Source: Macrostomum hystrix (taxonomy: Eukaryota > Animalia > Platyhelminthes). Taken from it: a stretch of DNA of 64,000 bases. The notes beneath the pieces were generated by a model, which did no database searches, had not been told where the DNA came from, and saw only the letters and a program-made list of their open reading frames with translations. The stretch covers positions 15,500,001 to 15,564,000 of the forward strand of contig CATNEN010000039.1 of assembly GCA_950097015.1 (NCBI GenBank). Reading direction: 5' to 3'. A program made the translations under genes and the position numbers. This document shows positions 12,203 through 25,557 of the stretch, piece by piece (within the stretch, counting starts at the first letter, position 1; every line of letters begins with the position of its first letter).

Positions 12203-12637
12203 TCACTTCAAAAAATAGTGACAAAGCATAATCAGCCGGGACAGTGTCCTGTCTGACAACCGGGACCTGACCTTTGATAGAAAAAGGCCACTAGCAGAAA
12301 ATGACCGCTCGGCTTCAACACTTGTTGGCGGAATTAGTAGAAGCTTATCGAAAAGCTGTGTCAGCAGTGTTCCCCGCTGATGCGCAATGCGAAGGAACTC
12401 CAGTTCACGGCCAATGCGACTCTCCAGAGTTGAGCATACTTGCAGTTGCAGTTGAGGACTTTTGTTGCCAGTTATTTTTTCTCCAAAGTGCAAAAATTGT
12501 GACTCTGAGACATAATTTAAATAAAAAACCCATTAAAAACCGTCAAAAAACCGGACAAAAAAACGTTTTTTTTAGAACCGGTTTTCCTGCTAAAAACCGT
12601 TTTTTTAAACCGGTTTTAAAACCGGTTGGCATCCCTA
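12203..12637 (-). mobile_element. Internally deleted hAT element: terminus plus C-terminal dimerisation-domain remnant
   Basis: Terminus TAGGGATGCCAACCGG (reverse) with AACCG subterminal repeats, joined to PPTSVEAERSFSASG...RSRLSD (12203-~12470). Confidence 0.8.
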
Positions 12638-12835
12638 GTTCCTACCTCTTGAAGCATTTCGTAAGTTTTCTTGCATTGCCTGATGGACAATTAAGGACGT
12701 GCAAACAAAGGGGAAAATCTTTTTGTAAATCTGTATTTTAAGATCTAATTTGTAGGTTTTTTTAGATCTAGAGATTAGAGAATTATCCTGTGCTTGTTGT
12801 AAAGTGGGCACTGAAAATTAATATAATCTGTTTTG

Positions 12836-15800
12836 CAAGGACTACTTAAGTATCGTTTATAGAAGGACGCTGCACTCGCGGTTCGTGTAATTTTTTTTGA
12901 AGGCCAATTTTCGCCGAAAAATACATTAACGAGATACAAAAAATTCACGATTTTCATCTTCAATGGCTTGCTCAGACTGACTACAACCCTGCTGAAAAGA
13001 AAAAACTGCTGAAACTTATCAAAAAGACCTAGTGTATTCGCTCCTCTATTGTATTTCGCCAAGTTAGTGTCCTTGACACGTTTACTTTTAAATACTTCGT
13101 ATTTTTTCGAGGGTTTTCAATTCTGTAATGTTAAATGTTAAAGGTTGGATTAAAGTGTTAGTTTCTCTCAATAATCAGTAGTTTCTTTAGCATTCTATGA
13201 TGACTGCTTTCTATGTCTTTATTTGTTTGGTAAATTTAAATTAGCTATAGACATTCTATATTAAATGTTAGTCTATACCCTGGCTATGCCTGATATATAA
13301 TAATATCTAGGGCCTACTATGCTTTTTTAGCATGTTCTACAAAAATGTTGTGTAGAAAGGACCTACTGATTAGTTTATGAGTAGATCGTTATAAAGTATT
13401 ATTCTTAATTTGAAGGTAGATAGATATTAGATACTTGCATATTGTATAGAAGGTACTAATTTTACTATTCTGTCAAATATCTGTAGATTAGGCTTCTTAA
13501 ACGGTTCTACTGGATACAAAAGTTCTATTTTCAGACTTGTCTTGAAACTTTATATTTTATTTAAATGATAGGCCTAACAACATATTGAATTTATTTCTGC
13601 TGTTTGGAGAGCAGTTTTTTAACCTAGTCTAGTTTAATGGAACCAAGATATATTCAATACTCAGGCCTTGCATTGAATTTAAAATATAAATATTTATATA
13701 TAGAAAGTGATTCTAAAGGAAAATGCGTATAATAGACTTTAGAAGACAAATTTTCAACTTTAGTAATACTATTGAAGTGATTTAGTATAGAATTGATTAT
13801 ATTGGCCTGTTGGGATAAAAGCAATACAGTATTGTAGCAATTTTTTTACTAGATATAATGTATAGAAGCTGTATATATTTCTTTTTGTTAGCTTCAGAAT
13901 TTCTGCAATGCCAATGAAATGCTGTCTTCCAAAGTGTACAAGTAACTACAAATCTGGTGAGAAGGTGACAGTGTATAGCTTTCCAAAGGATAAAGAAGAC
14001 TACAGCATGTGGATCCGAGCTTTGCCACCAAATGTTAAGGTACGGTGCTATTGCTGCTATTGCATATTCTTGTCTTGCTTAATTCACATGCTAATGGAAC
14101 ATTAGTACAATATGATATAATACTTACTGTTTTAGAGTCCATCTAAATACATGGGCATTTGCCAAAAACATTGGCCAACAAATGCACCAATGTTAAAGGT
14201 CAAGCGATTCATGCGCCCTATGGACCCACCAAGTGTATTCCCAAATCTTCCAACAGGCTCTCTTCGCCTGACTGAGCCAAGTAAGTATATCTCATAGCAA
14301 GGTTAAATATTACAGTTTGTACCAAATGATAGGCTTTCTATAATATTTTACTTAATTAAGTTTTTGTCTGATTTCATACCTTACATATTATTATTCTTAC
14401 TTCAGAGCACTCTAGAGATGTTCAACGCCGCGGTATTCTGTTAAACCAGCGGGCTCAAATTGCTGATGAAATGGACTCATTCAATGAGACTGATCGGATT
14501 CACTCATGGAGTTCCTTTGTTGAGAAATCTGCCACCCTTGACTTCGTTGCAAATGAGTGGATAGTGCAGCGTGACGAATCATGTGTGCGATTTGTCCTTC
14601 TTTGGGAACTAAGAGTTGAATGCTCAATTTCAGTCATGTCCGACTTTTCTGTTATTGCAAATCGTCATAACACCCCAGTGTCAGTGTCTGAGCTGCTGGG
14701 TTTTCAACATCGACTTGAGCGCTACAGCCAATTGGAAGCAGTACAAAATAAAGTTCGACAAGCTGAAGTAAATCCAATCAAGGAATTCAATGCATATTTG
14801 GACGCACTACAGCCACTTTGTCAGGAGCTGCAGAACCCGCGCCATTCATTCCTTGTTCGACAGCTGCAACTGAGTGTTGTTCAGCATCATGGCGTACGGT
14901 ATGCTGCAAATGATATAATGACAGCTGCCAGAATGTACTTCACCAGTCGTGCTGGCTATCGTGCAATGAGAGAGTTCGCCTGTCTACCACATCCAGACAC
15001 TCTCAAACGTCATCTGGGTGGACTTGGCAGCATTGGAACCGACACCGACTGTCAGCAAATTGTCAAGTCGAATTTCGAATACAACACACCGTCTCAGTGC
15101 CTGTGCTCAATCATCTTTGATGAAGTGTATGTGCAACCTTCACTTCGTCTCAAAGGTGTCCATGTAGTTGGCTTTGCTGAGGATGTTCCACAGAAGCTTG
15201 CTCGGACTATTCTCGCCATTATGGTAAAACCATTTATGGGCGCACCTGCGTTTGTTGCCAGACTTGTGCCAATCTATAGTTTACAGCCTGCTTTTTTACA
15301 CAGACAGGTTGTACGACTTATTGAAATTGTCCACGGCTGTGGTGGTACAGTTGTGAGCTTGATTTGCGATAATCACTTCACTAACCAGAACTGTTTCAAA
15401 CTGTTTCATTGCGACACAAACACACCATGGCTTGCCGAAAACCCTGCAGACGCAGAGAAACCATTGTTTCTGTTGTTTGACACAGTGCATTTGTTTAAGA
15501 ATATAAGAAATAATTGGTTCACTCAAGCGCACAAGGAGATCGATTTTCACCCATCAGCAGATAAGCAGGAACGTGTTTGCCGAGCACGCTGGAATGATAT
15601 TGTTGAAATCGAGGAGCGATCCCGTGGACAAGTAGTTCGCCCGACTTCAGTCAACTCTGTCGCGTGCAATCCGTCTCCACTGGAGCGACAAAAGGTGTCA
15701 CTAGTTGTCGACATCTTCAACGAGAAGACGGTTGCCGCACTTCGTGTTAACGGTCGCCATGACTCAGCCGACTTTGTGGACCATGTGGTCACCTTTTGGA

Positions 15801-17851
15801 AAATAGTTAATGTTAAATCACCAGAATCACACGTTGCCTTGAATGACAAACTTAGGGCTCCAATTACGTCGGAAGAATCTAGCAGCTTGACACATTTACT
15901 TAATTTCTCCGCACTGGTGGAGCGCATGCCGGGTGGACGAGGTGCGGGACGCGGTCGGTCGCTCACCACAGAGACGCGCAACGCTTTAATCCAGACAACA
16001 AGAGGTCTGGTGGGCCTCAGCAGACACCTTCTAACCAACCATCGATTTTCTTACGTTCTTCTTGGTGAGTTCTTTGCATTATTTACATGCAGCAATCAGT
16101 TTTTGAATAATTGTTGCTAGGGAATGAATTTAATGAATTGTGGGGATGCAGGTCACGGCTATCTAATGGGTCACGAAATTGTCTTTAAGGTGTACTGCAA
16201 TCAGACAGATTGGAGGCCGAGTTCGCTCTCTACCGCCAGGGCCACGGCGGGTGTTACTACATAACAGTCGAGCAAGTTATGGCCAGTGCTCGGCTGCACC
16301 GAATGAAATTGTACGGAGCGCTTCAGAACAGCTTTGAGGCTCATGAGCCGGCGACATGCTGTTCCGATGGGATGAAGGACTCTGATCTAGAGGTGTTTGA
16401 TCAGCTTCAAGACAAGATCAGCCACAATACAGATGAGGAGAATGCTTCTTTGTACTATATTTCCGGTTACGTTGCTGCTAAAGAGCATCTTCCAGAAGTT
16501 TTTGAAGCATTTGCAACTGAGTTTCCTGGCGGTAGCGAATTTACATCGCTGCTATCTCGTGGCAAGCTCCGGCACCCGCCAGAGTGGCTTTTAGTTTTCT
16601 CCAGCCTGTGCTATGCTTTTTTCTCCTCTGTCAAGATCCACTGCGTCAACTATTGTGTCCGATCTTTTATTAACGTTTTTGAAGCTTTCATGGATGTAAC
16701 TGTTTCAGATCCAGCTCAGGTTAGCCGCATTTCCAGGAGGTTAGCTAACACATTTTTTAAAGGACTCGTGCGTCGTGATTCGGACCATGTACGAGAGACG
16801 CCCGGCAGTGGACGGCGTCTGCGAAAGTTAGCATCAAGTTAGTTATGAGCTGTTTGTACGCTTTTTGAGAAATCCGTGACATTCTATCAACACACCGAGT
16901 TCGTATAAAACTTGAACACCCATTGTACACTTAGACACCTCTAATTTAAACAAACGAAGTGGACACTGGAAAATATCGAAATATCCAACCAAAAATGCAA
17001 TAAGCCAAAATCGGAGGCAACATAGCTCGTAGAATTGAAGCGAACATTGTTAATTGATTGAGCATGTAATTTGACCCATAGTCCATGGTTGTCCATGTTT
17101 TATACAGACCCAATTCACATTCACGTCATTGAATATGCTTATGCTTTCATAAGTTGGTTTATGCATCTGTTGCTGCTTTCATACGTTGGTTTAAACATTT
17201 GTTGCTGCTTTCATAAGTTGGTTTCTGCATTTTACTGCTGTTGCCTACCCAATAGTTGCCACAGTTTCTATACACTATACACTATACACAGTCTTATATT
17301 TGCAGCCTTACATACATATTTGCCTTACTGTAGCTATCAATTGAGATTAAAGTACAATGAGCTGCTGTGCAACAAGCAACCAGTTCAGTTCAACATTTTT
17401 TGTTTCCAGTCCAACAACGATACATCGATTGTTATCAGCACTGGCATTGTGCCAGTTTCTCTGCTTTTGCTCTTTGTTATTTTATTGTTGAAAAGATCAG
17501 GGATGGCTTTTGAAAAGTACAGACTGACGGGCTTCGTTCTTTGTTAATCTCATCTCATTTTAATTGGATTACATTAGCTCAATTGTCGGAATTATCCTTT
17601 AAATATCCTAGCTTTATTGTTCTATAATAAAGAAGGGGGTAACAGTACCTTGCTGTACATTTCTCGCGAGTACATGTAGTTGCAGCCGAAACTGTTCACT
17701 CATCTAAAAGAGGAATAAATTCTGAGCAACCCCGTGAAAAAACTAGACCTCTACATGCAACCATTTAAAAATAACAGCATTTTGAAAAATGGCCTTCAAA
17801 AAAATCTACACCATTCGGGAGTGCAGCGTCCTTCTACTTAAGTAGTCCTTG
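12836..17851 (+). mobile_element. Complete P-superfamily DNA transposon (5016 bp)
   Basis: CAAGGACTACTTAAGTA TIRs extending imperfectly to ~75 bp; 8-bp TSD ctgttttg at 12828-12835 and 17852-17859. Confidence 0.95.
13908..16842 (+). CDS. THAP-domain P-element transposase, 4 exons, 862 aa
   Basis: Exons 13908-14039, 14136-14280, 14406-16064, 16190-16842 splice in phase (2589 nt). THAP (CCLPKC..FP..W..ICQKHW), FDEVY, CDNH, FDTVHLFKNIRNNW, LQSDRLEAEF..RQ. Confidence 0.93.
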
Positions 17852-18149
17852 CTGTTTTGTCTTCTTAATTGTTGCTAATTGACATTCCCAACAACTAGAA
17901 AGTGACGATCAAGCATCACGAATAGTATATCCATCAAATTCAGATGTCCGAAAACCAACAGCCTACATCAGCAGACTGTTGTATGGAAACTTGAATTATT
18001 GAAATATTAAATTCATTAAAGCATATAAAACTTATCAAGTTTACATTTGCTACTATCAAGTCTTGTCAAGTGAGGCAAGTTTATTCTTACTTGCAAGTCT
18101 TAGTAAGGTTAATATAGCCATAATGTGCGACTTGCAAGTCTTAGAAAGT

Positions 18150-18826
18150 ATAGCAATATTTTTTCCCGGGATACGTCATACTCGTTGGACAGATTAGGAC
18201 AACTCATGAGGCCCACAATAACATGAAATGAAATACACCAATCCAACAGACTATCATGACTAATATGAGGAATTAGAACAAATGGTAACAGGTATAGATA
18301 GAAAAGTCTAATGAAAGTTGCTTTCCATAAGTGCAGATGTTGAAGAGGAGCTGGCTTGCGTTGAAAATCAGATGGAATATATGGTCTAGTGTGCATAAGA
18401 TGAGCATTCACTTGATTTTGCATAGACTGAGACAATTTATAGGGCCGGATACCCTCTCTAAGCATTTTCAGACCTTTCAGACCTTGGGGCAGGTGTAATA
18501 AATTATTATTAATCAATTAGACCTTTCAGACCAATGCCTTTCCAAAAGGCATGCACAGGATCACAGCAAAAAATAAGATCATATCAATGTTTAATTTTTC
18601 TAGTACAGAATGACAATAGTGATGCCTTGGATAATGCTGTTCCCTAAAATATTGATCTGTTCTGAGTTCTGCCCTTGTATCAAGAAAAACTACACACTTG
18701 CCTTTATTACATGTCTTCTCATAGTCAGTTGTCCCCTCCTGAACACAGCGATCACATCCTTCAAAGCCATTAGGACTTTTGATACACTTGACAAAATTTC
18801 GTGCTGGAGTGTCACACAGAAAGTGG
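18150..18826 (-). pseudogene. Degraded CACTA transposase (element 3), related to the 5739-7859 transposase
   Basis: CDTPARNFVKCIK..GCDRC and YIPSDFQRKP..WKAT in different frames; interrupted by a LINE. Confidence 0.85.
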
Positions 18827-19283
18827 TCGGTGGTCGAGACCGTCCTGTTGTACAACGCCGAGACTTGGACGCTGACGGATTCGCTAGAACAGCAAGTCAA
18901 CGCGGCGCACGCTGGCCTGCTGCGTGCCGCCTTTAAGATCAGCGACGAGCGGATCACTAACGCGGTACTCTATCGCCGCGCCGGCCTGGCCCGTCCAAGT
19001 GAACTGCTGCGACTTCGGCGACTCCAGCTGGCAGGCCACATCATCCGCGCCGAGTCCTACTGCCCGCAGCCGGTGCAGGAGGTGCTGCTGCTAACGCTGC
19101 AGGCACCCTACCGGCGCGGCCAGGCCCGAACTCGGCGTTTCGTCGACTGCCTGCTGGCCGATGCTGGCGCCCCGGACACTGCCGGCGGTGCGGCCTTTGT
19201 CCGCGCCCAGGCTCTGAAGCGTGCACTGTGACGCTGCCTTTTCCACCTGACAGCGTACTTTGTTGTTGTTTTTGTTGTTGTTA
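18824..19283 (+). mobile_element. 5'-truncated RTE-clade non-LTR retrotransposon
   Basis: VETVLLYNAETWTLT..ITN..LY..RRLQLAGHIIR..RRGQAR C-terminus, stop at 19231, short 3'UTR and (TGT)n tail; GC-rich relative to flanks. Confidence 0.85.
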
Positions 19284-19779
19284 TATTGCATCATGTTTTT
19301 CTTTAGAACCCATCAAGAAGCCAAGATAATAAGATAATGTAGCTTTTACTCAAGCTATCATTCTAATGTATGTAGTTTTTAGAGTGTTATTTGTTGTTCT
19401 AGTGTTATTTTAAATGTTGTTTTTAGAGTGGTAACTAGTAAACCAAATTCTAATACAGTGCTAGCTAGCCATATAATAGACACAAATACTGGGTGACTGA
19501 CTGACTCTGACGGAAGGCTCCTGCTTTGGCTATGTCTGCTTCTTTGTTGCCATTTTACATAAGCAAAACTGTATAGGCGCGGGTGAGGTAAGCACTCAAC
19601 AAACTGAACAAAGGTAAATGAGGAACACGTAACAACTGGTACAACAAAATATTGTACAATAAATGGAACCAATAGGAGTGTTACTTAGATCATGAAAACG
19701 TAATTAACGATCGTTCTAGCATATAGGTGTATTATTAGAATATTTTATGCGATTTTCAATCACAATCCTTTTTTGTATT

Positions 19780-20035
19780 TTAAACTTTAAAAAACGTGTT
19801 TTTTTTCGGAAACGTCAGGAGACGTATGGGGACGTTGTGGATTACAGTATAATTTATTTATTTTTTTAGATCGTCTCGAATTTATTAAAAAAACCTAGCG
19901 CTTTCCATGTGAATGCTTAATGATCTTCTCTCAACAAGTTTTTGCGAGTTAAACTGTGTTTTTACAACATTTTTTGTCTACGTCTTTTGGAGACCAATGG
20001 GGACCAAATGTGGATACGTCTCAATGTTATACGGG
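19780..20035 (-). mobile_element. CACTA 5' terminus, probably of element 3
   Basis: Reverse strand CCCGTATAACATT resembles the element-1 TIR; ACGT-rich subterminal motifs. Confidence 0.55.
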
Positions 20036-21584
20036 TTGGACTGCTTTTACAGGAAATGCTCTCTTCCTTGAATTTCGGGCTCCCTACAGCGGATTTAATT
20101 GACTATTAACTTTATTTGGCTCCCATTTTGTGGACTGACCAGGACGCCGTGCACCCCTGAATTTCTACCCCAGCTCTGTGACGCTGATTACCCATTTTTC
20201 ACGGACATTGGTCCCAACAACCACTCTTATTACAAGACTTGGACACAAATAGGACTATGCTGATGGCCTTACTGGGGGGGTTAAGGGCTCGAGGGTCACG
20301 CTTAAATGTTTTTTTGTTTTTTGTATTTTTTTCTGTTTTATTTCGTCTTTGGCTCTTCTGCTTCTTCTCTTGCCCCCAATGGGAGTGGATCTGAGAGTTC
20401 CTTAGCTCGGTCCGACCTCAGACCACTGCCCAGGGGCTCTCCTGATCTTGTGTTTGTTTGCCTCATTCTCTACTCTTGTCCAACCTTTCCTCTCGTCTCT
20501 CCTATCTTGAGAGGATCTCTCGTATCTCCTTTCCATTTTTCCCTTTGTAATAAAATTAATGTCCTAGCTAGAGCATGAGGAATTTTAAGCTAGCGACTAT
20601 TCACTATTCACCGGGGTCGGTGTCCTACCAATCGTTTCAATAGCAGCAGGGAAATCTGGAATTAAATAGCGTTAGAGACTGTGGTAGCGAGCGAAGCGGA
20701 ATAGATAAGCGATGAGACCCGTGTGTCGTCCTCCGGCCCGGTGAAACTCCCAATGAAAAAGAATAACACAGTATGAACGCGAAGACTCGAATAAATTGAT
20801 TAGGAGTGAGTTAATCTGTTGTGACTCGCTAAGATTCCAGAAAATAATAGGAATTGATTTGAATCTCGCTTACTTGATTTAAAAGTTACACTGACAGAAT
20901 AAGGATGTTCACACGGAAATAAATTATAGCGCGCTCACAGTGAGAAGCAAAGTTTGGTCTAACAAATTGGATATAACAATTTTACTTAAACTGGCCTAAT
21001 CCGCGCCCTACTCTTCCCGAGAGGCTCCGGTTGTCTCTGCTTTCAGCGCTGCCTCGACAGATCCTATCGGTTGGCACTCCTTCTGCCTGACGGCGAAGTC
21101 TCCGAAGAGAGCACGTACTGACTTCGACAACAAGCGCCTATCTAGACCACCCTTGTCAGCGGCGCACTCTCAAGACGCGTAGCGCCGAAAGCTACCTAAC
21201 TGAACCCTAGTCGACAATGACTTTCGCCATCTTGCCATATCTGACTTACAAAATCGTGCACTTTTTGCAAAGAAAGTATAAGATCTGACTTGAGTTTTCT
21301 TGACCGATCTGGCAAGATATTACAAGAAAAGTAGTCAGATCTGGCAAGATCGTTTAAGAATACAATAAGATCTGTTAAGATTTTTGCAAGAATTTATAGT
21401 GACGGATCCCGATTTTCATGCACTTTGAATTATTGAAATTATTAGGAAGAACGTTCAAATTAAGAAAGCAAGTCAGTTTTCAAGAGACGATAAGTGCTTA
21501 AAACCTTATTGGTTCTCATACGGATCCTTAATTCGATATAATCCTTAAATCTTAATCCATAATCCTTTAATTCTTGCCTTAGGA

Positions 21585-21875
21585 ATAGGCAATGTGAATA
21601 GGCAATGCGAATGCTACATGAATTGGCAACGCAACGTGAATAGGCAATGCGAATGGGCAGTGTGTATAGGCAACGTGAATAGGCAATGTGAATGCTACAT
21701 TAATTGGCAACGCAACGTGTATAGGCAACGTGAATAGGCGACGTGAATAGGCAACGTGAATGCTACATGAATTGGCAACGCAACGTGAATAGGCAATGCG
21801 AATGGGCAGTGTGTATAGGCAACGTGAATAGGCAATGTGAATGCTACATGAATGGGCAACGCAACGCAACGGGAA
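21585..21875. repeat. ~13-bp minisatellite (aggcaacgtgaat)
   Basis: Degenerate tandem units visible. Confidence 0.85.
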
Positions 21876-21889
21876 TGAGCAATGACAGT

Positions 21890-22390
21890 TTAATTATGTT
21901 CATTTAGTAGCAAAATAGGTGCGACAAAAGTAATTTTCGAGTTCGCTAAAGGGATTAGTACACACTTTCGGCGTAGATATCTGCAGTCGACCTTTAACTG
22001 GTCCTCAGAGATCGGGACATCTTGTCGATCCCGCTCGAGAACGAACAGATCGATTAGCGGCACATCAGTGCACATGCTGAAATGCGTCTGAAAATGTGTC
22101 GCTTTGGGGAGAGGAGCAACTGTAGCGACCGTTTCGGATTCAAACTTTAGAATCGTGCCAAAGCATCTCGCGTTCGAATCGGGCTGCTGATACTCGCAGA
22201 TATAACTGACAGATGAACCTTTGCGCTTATTGCTGATACTGTGAAAAGAGATGCCATTAATCTTCATTGATTCAGGTGTCCGGCGTGATCGGCCTCGGCT
22301 CGCCTTTCTTCCTTGAATAAACCGAAATGTTTGAGCCGCTCGAGGACTTTTGATGAAAAACCAATCAAGCAGCAACATGCTTCTGCTCAT
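21890..22390 (-). pseudogene. Probable C-terminal remnant of a CACTA transposase
   Basis: INGISFHSISNKRKGSSVSYI...FGTILKF...KCVLIP resembles C-termini of animal EnSpm transposases; lies near the element-4 end. Confidence 0.55.
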
Positions 22391-22905
22391 TTTCGTTGAC
22401 CAAAACCGTTGCTCCCTAAGAAAATAAAGAAAAGGAAATAAAGTTATTAAGGAACCTATATACAGATATTAAAGCCAAAATTTCATGCAATGTGAAAATG
22501 AAAATGTTACTAAGTTGCTTAATTTGCTAAAAATGCCTTTACCTAGCTAAGCTATGCCTATTGCTTTGCTATTTGCTATAGCATGTTACACTTTACTTTT
22601 TAAATCAAAAGTTAATAAAGATTACCTAGTCAAGAAAGATGCACTTATGGTTGGGGTTATGGATAGAGTGATAAAAGTATATTGTAATTGAGTTAAACTG
22701 AACATTGCTAGTAATATAGATGCATACAAAATTTTAGGCATATGTATTATATAATCTGAACTATAGCTGCCCAATCATTACACAATTTCCCTTGAATTCA
22801 GCTAAAAATTTTTTTCCTTAAAAATCAAGTAGCAAAAACAACCAGCATAGCATCTAGATACACATAAAAGATGCATAGATTCACTAAAAGATTCACTACC
22901 TTATC

Positions 22906-23186
22906 CATACATGCGCAACACCCGGCCGACCCGGCCGAACCGGCCGGGTGAAACGAGGGCTAAGCAAGGTAAGTCGCAAAAACCAATTGACCAAGCGCAA
23001 AAAAATCAAAGGGGGGACCAAGGGACAAAAAAGGAAGGCGTGAAGAAAAGGAAAAAGGGGAGAGAAAAAGAGAGCAAATGAGAGCAAACTAAGTCGTAAA
23101 TAGAGCAATGAAACGAACTAAGTCGCAAATGAGAGCAAAAACTAAGTCGCACGGCCGGCTAAGATTCGGGAGGTTGCGCATGTATG
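22906..23186. mobile_element. hAT-type MITE (281 bp)
   Basis: 14-bp TIR CATACATGCGCAAC; 8-bp TSD accttatc at 22898-22905 and 23187-23194. Confidence 0.92.
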
Positions 23187-24564
23187 ACCTTATCTCTAGT
23201 GTAAGTGAATTAAGCCAAGTGACAGGCACAAAAATAAGAAGGGTTAAATGACAATGTACATATTTTTAACCCCATTTAATATCAAATATATAAATATGAT
23301 TACCTTATATAAGCTATATAGTTCAATATAGGTTGCTTCTCTAAAATTATATCTGCAACTTTGGGTTTTCTTGACCATTTTTATAGGCAACACACTTACT
23401 AGAGTTTTTATTAGATAAAATGTAGGGGTCAGGCAATATCACTTTTAGAGAGTTGATCAAGATTCAAGATTAGTGCATTAGGCCTATGAGTGTAAAATAG
23501 TAAAAAAGACTGTTGACTGAAATTAACAATCATAATCATCAAACAGTATCTAGTGCTTATTTACTCTAGTCCAGTATATATTATGATTCTACAAAGTTTC
23601 TTCCTGGAACCCATCACTTGCATATAAAAGAGAACTTTTTTGCTAATTTTTTCTAAAGTTGTGAAGAAGTACAACTGTAGACTAAATAAAATTATAAAAT
23701 AAAATCTTGAATCTTAACCTTTTTTGAGATCTCAAAACCAAGATTGAGATTGAAAAAAGTGCCAAGATCACTATGATTGAGATTTAGATATCGTCCAACC
23801 TCTAATAAAATGGTAGTCCTATGACCACTCTGAACTAATAATGGCTTACATGTATATATAGCCAATGGAAACAGCAGTGATTACCAAGGTTGCACTGATC
23901 CATGTCTACATGCATAATGTTGAAAGTTAGTTAACTTTTTTTGCTTAAATAATTAGGCCTAACTAAGGGTAATACTGAATTGATAAATAACTAACGGTAT
24001 TAATAAAATATTGAATAATAATAGGTCTAACACTAAACTAAATATCAGTTGCTATTTATTAGCACTAGTTTCTGAAAAATAGCCGTAGTTGTTGAGATAT
24101 TTAACCTAATTACTAGAATTACTAGAGAAAATTTCGAAAAAAAACAATAATCATTTTATTAGGGTAATGTATCATCAACCCATAGTCAGGAAGGTGGCCT
24201 CTGAGGCGGAAAATTCCGGCGCACACAAAGGGTCTCGGAGCACATCGGCGCACAAGTGCGGCACACACAAAGGGTCTCGGCGCATTGGCTCATAAGCTGC
24301 AGTACACACTATAAATTCCAAGAAGTCGTAATTTGTCGTAAATTGCATATTTGTTATTCTAACGGCATTTTTCAAATATTGAAATTGTTCATAATTTTTT
24401 AAATTGTATGATTGAACATCTTGTATCATTGTCGTAACTCGTAAATATTTTTCGTATTTCCTGTTTCCCATCAACTGTCCGAACTGTGTTACAACTTACA
24501 ATTACTGCTTTCGTTTCGATTCAGTTTTTTTCAATATTACATATAAATCTGCGATCTGTGAATG

Positions 24565-25217
24565 TGATGTAGACCGATTTCAAAACCGAAAAACCGCCAA
24601 TTTTGTTTTAATACACGTAAAATGCAATTATTTGTTTTAAATGCGAAAATCTTTTATATTTTGTTTTAATACACGTAAAATACAATTATTTGTTTTAAAT
24701 GCGGAAATACGTTGTTTTAATAGGGTATAATTATTTGTTTTAAATGATACGTTTTTGGGTATAAATACAGGAGTAAAATTGAGAGGAAAACTAACCTTGT
24801 TCAACGCAGTTGACAACAAAGTTCGTATAACATACTCAGAATCGTGTTCTTTCATTCTTTTAAAACATACGGAGACAAATACCAAGAAAGATTCAAGAGA
24901 AAGAAAGATATAGAAAGTATTGCTGTACACTTGAGATCATTGGTAACGCTCTTTGGAAAGCCTATACTCAGAAATACATCCATGCGATAATTAATCGGCC
25001 AGAATAACTAAATACGCTACCTTAGACCAACTAAAGACGATATTCAAAGATAACTAAATACGCTACCAAGAAATTCTTTTGGATATATAGAATACATTCT
25101 CAGAAATTAATTCTAAGAAACATTAACAGTAAAGATTACAACAACTTTGGGAACAGCAGTGGGATTCGCATTATTGGAAATAAAATTTAGTAATAATATA
25201 GACAGAGGCCTACAACA
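24565..25217 (+). repeat. 5' LTR
   Basis: TGATGTAG...CTACAACA; no difference from 29511-30163 seen by eye. Confidence 0.95.
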
Positions 25218-25221
25218 ACTT

Positions 25222-25239
25222 TGGTGGCAGCGGTGGGAT
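25222..25239 (+). promoter_or_regulatory. Primer binding site, tRNA-Leu
   Basis: TGGTGGCAGCGGTGGGAT, complementary to the 3' 18 nt of metazoan tRNA-Leu (…AUCCCACCGCUGCCACCA), 4 nt after the LTR. Confidence 0.9.
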
Positions 25240-25278
25240 CTCAAGAACAGCGTGAAAGTAATAGAACAGTACTCAGAA

Positions 25279-25557
25279 ATGTCACCTCTAATTCTGATCT
25301 TAATGGTCATGATGAACCAGCAGCCAGGTCTCCCATCACTATTCGGAAGTCAGCAGGAGACAGTAAAGAAGACAGCAGGAAGAGGAAGAAGAGAGCATGA
25401 AACGATCACAAAGGACAATTTCCACATGTTTAACAGATGCTACATGTGCGGAACTCCAGGAACAGCAACAGTGAGGAGAACTGAAGAGGAATTAAGGAAC
25501 ATGAGACCAGGTTACCACATATGCAAAGTAATCCTGAGACGATATGAGAATAAGTAA
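25279..25557 (+). CDS. Small orphan ORF (92 aa) with CxxC...HxC motif
   Basis: First ATG after the PBS; CYMCG…HIC; coding-like composition in an AT-rich context. Confidence 0.4.
   Translation: MSPLILILMVMMNQQPGLPSLFGSQQETVKKTAGRGRREHETITKDNFHMFNRCYMCGTPGTATVRRTEEELRNMRPGYHICKVILRRYENK

Noticed and set aside
23740-23803. hAT-like end TAGAGGTTGGACGAT (reverse strand)
   Set aside because: No convincing partner terminus or TSD.
24637-24930. Duplicated 97-aa ORF (also 29583-29876)
   Set aside because: Antisense chance ORF with a non-ATG start inside the LTRs.
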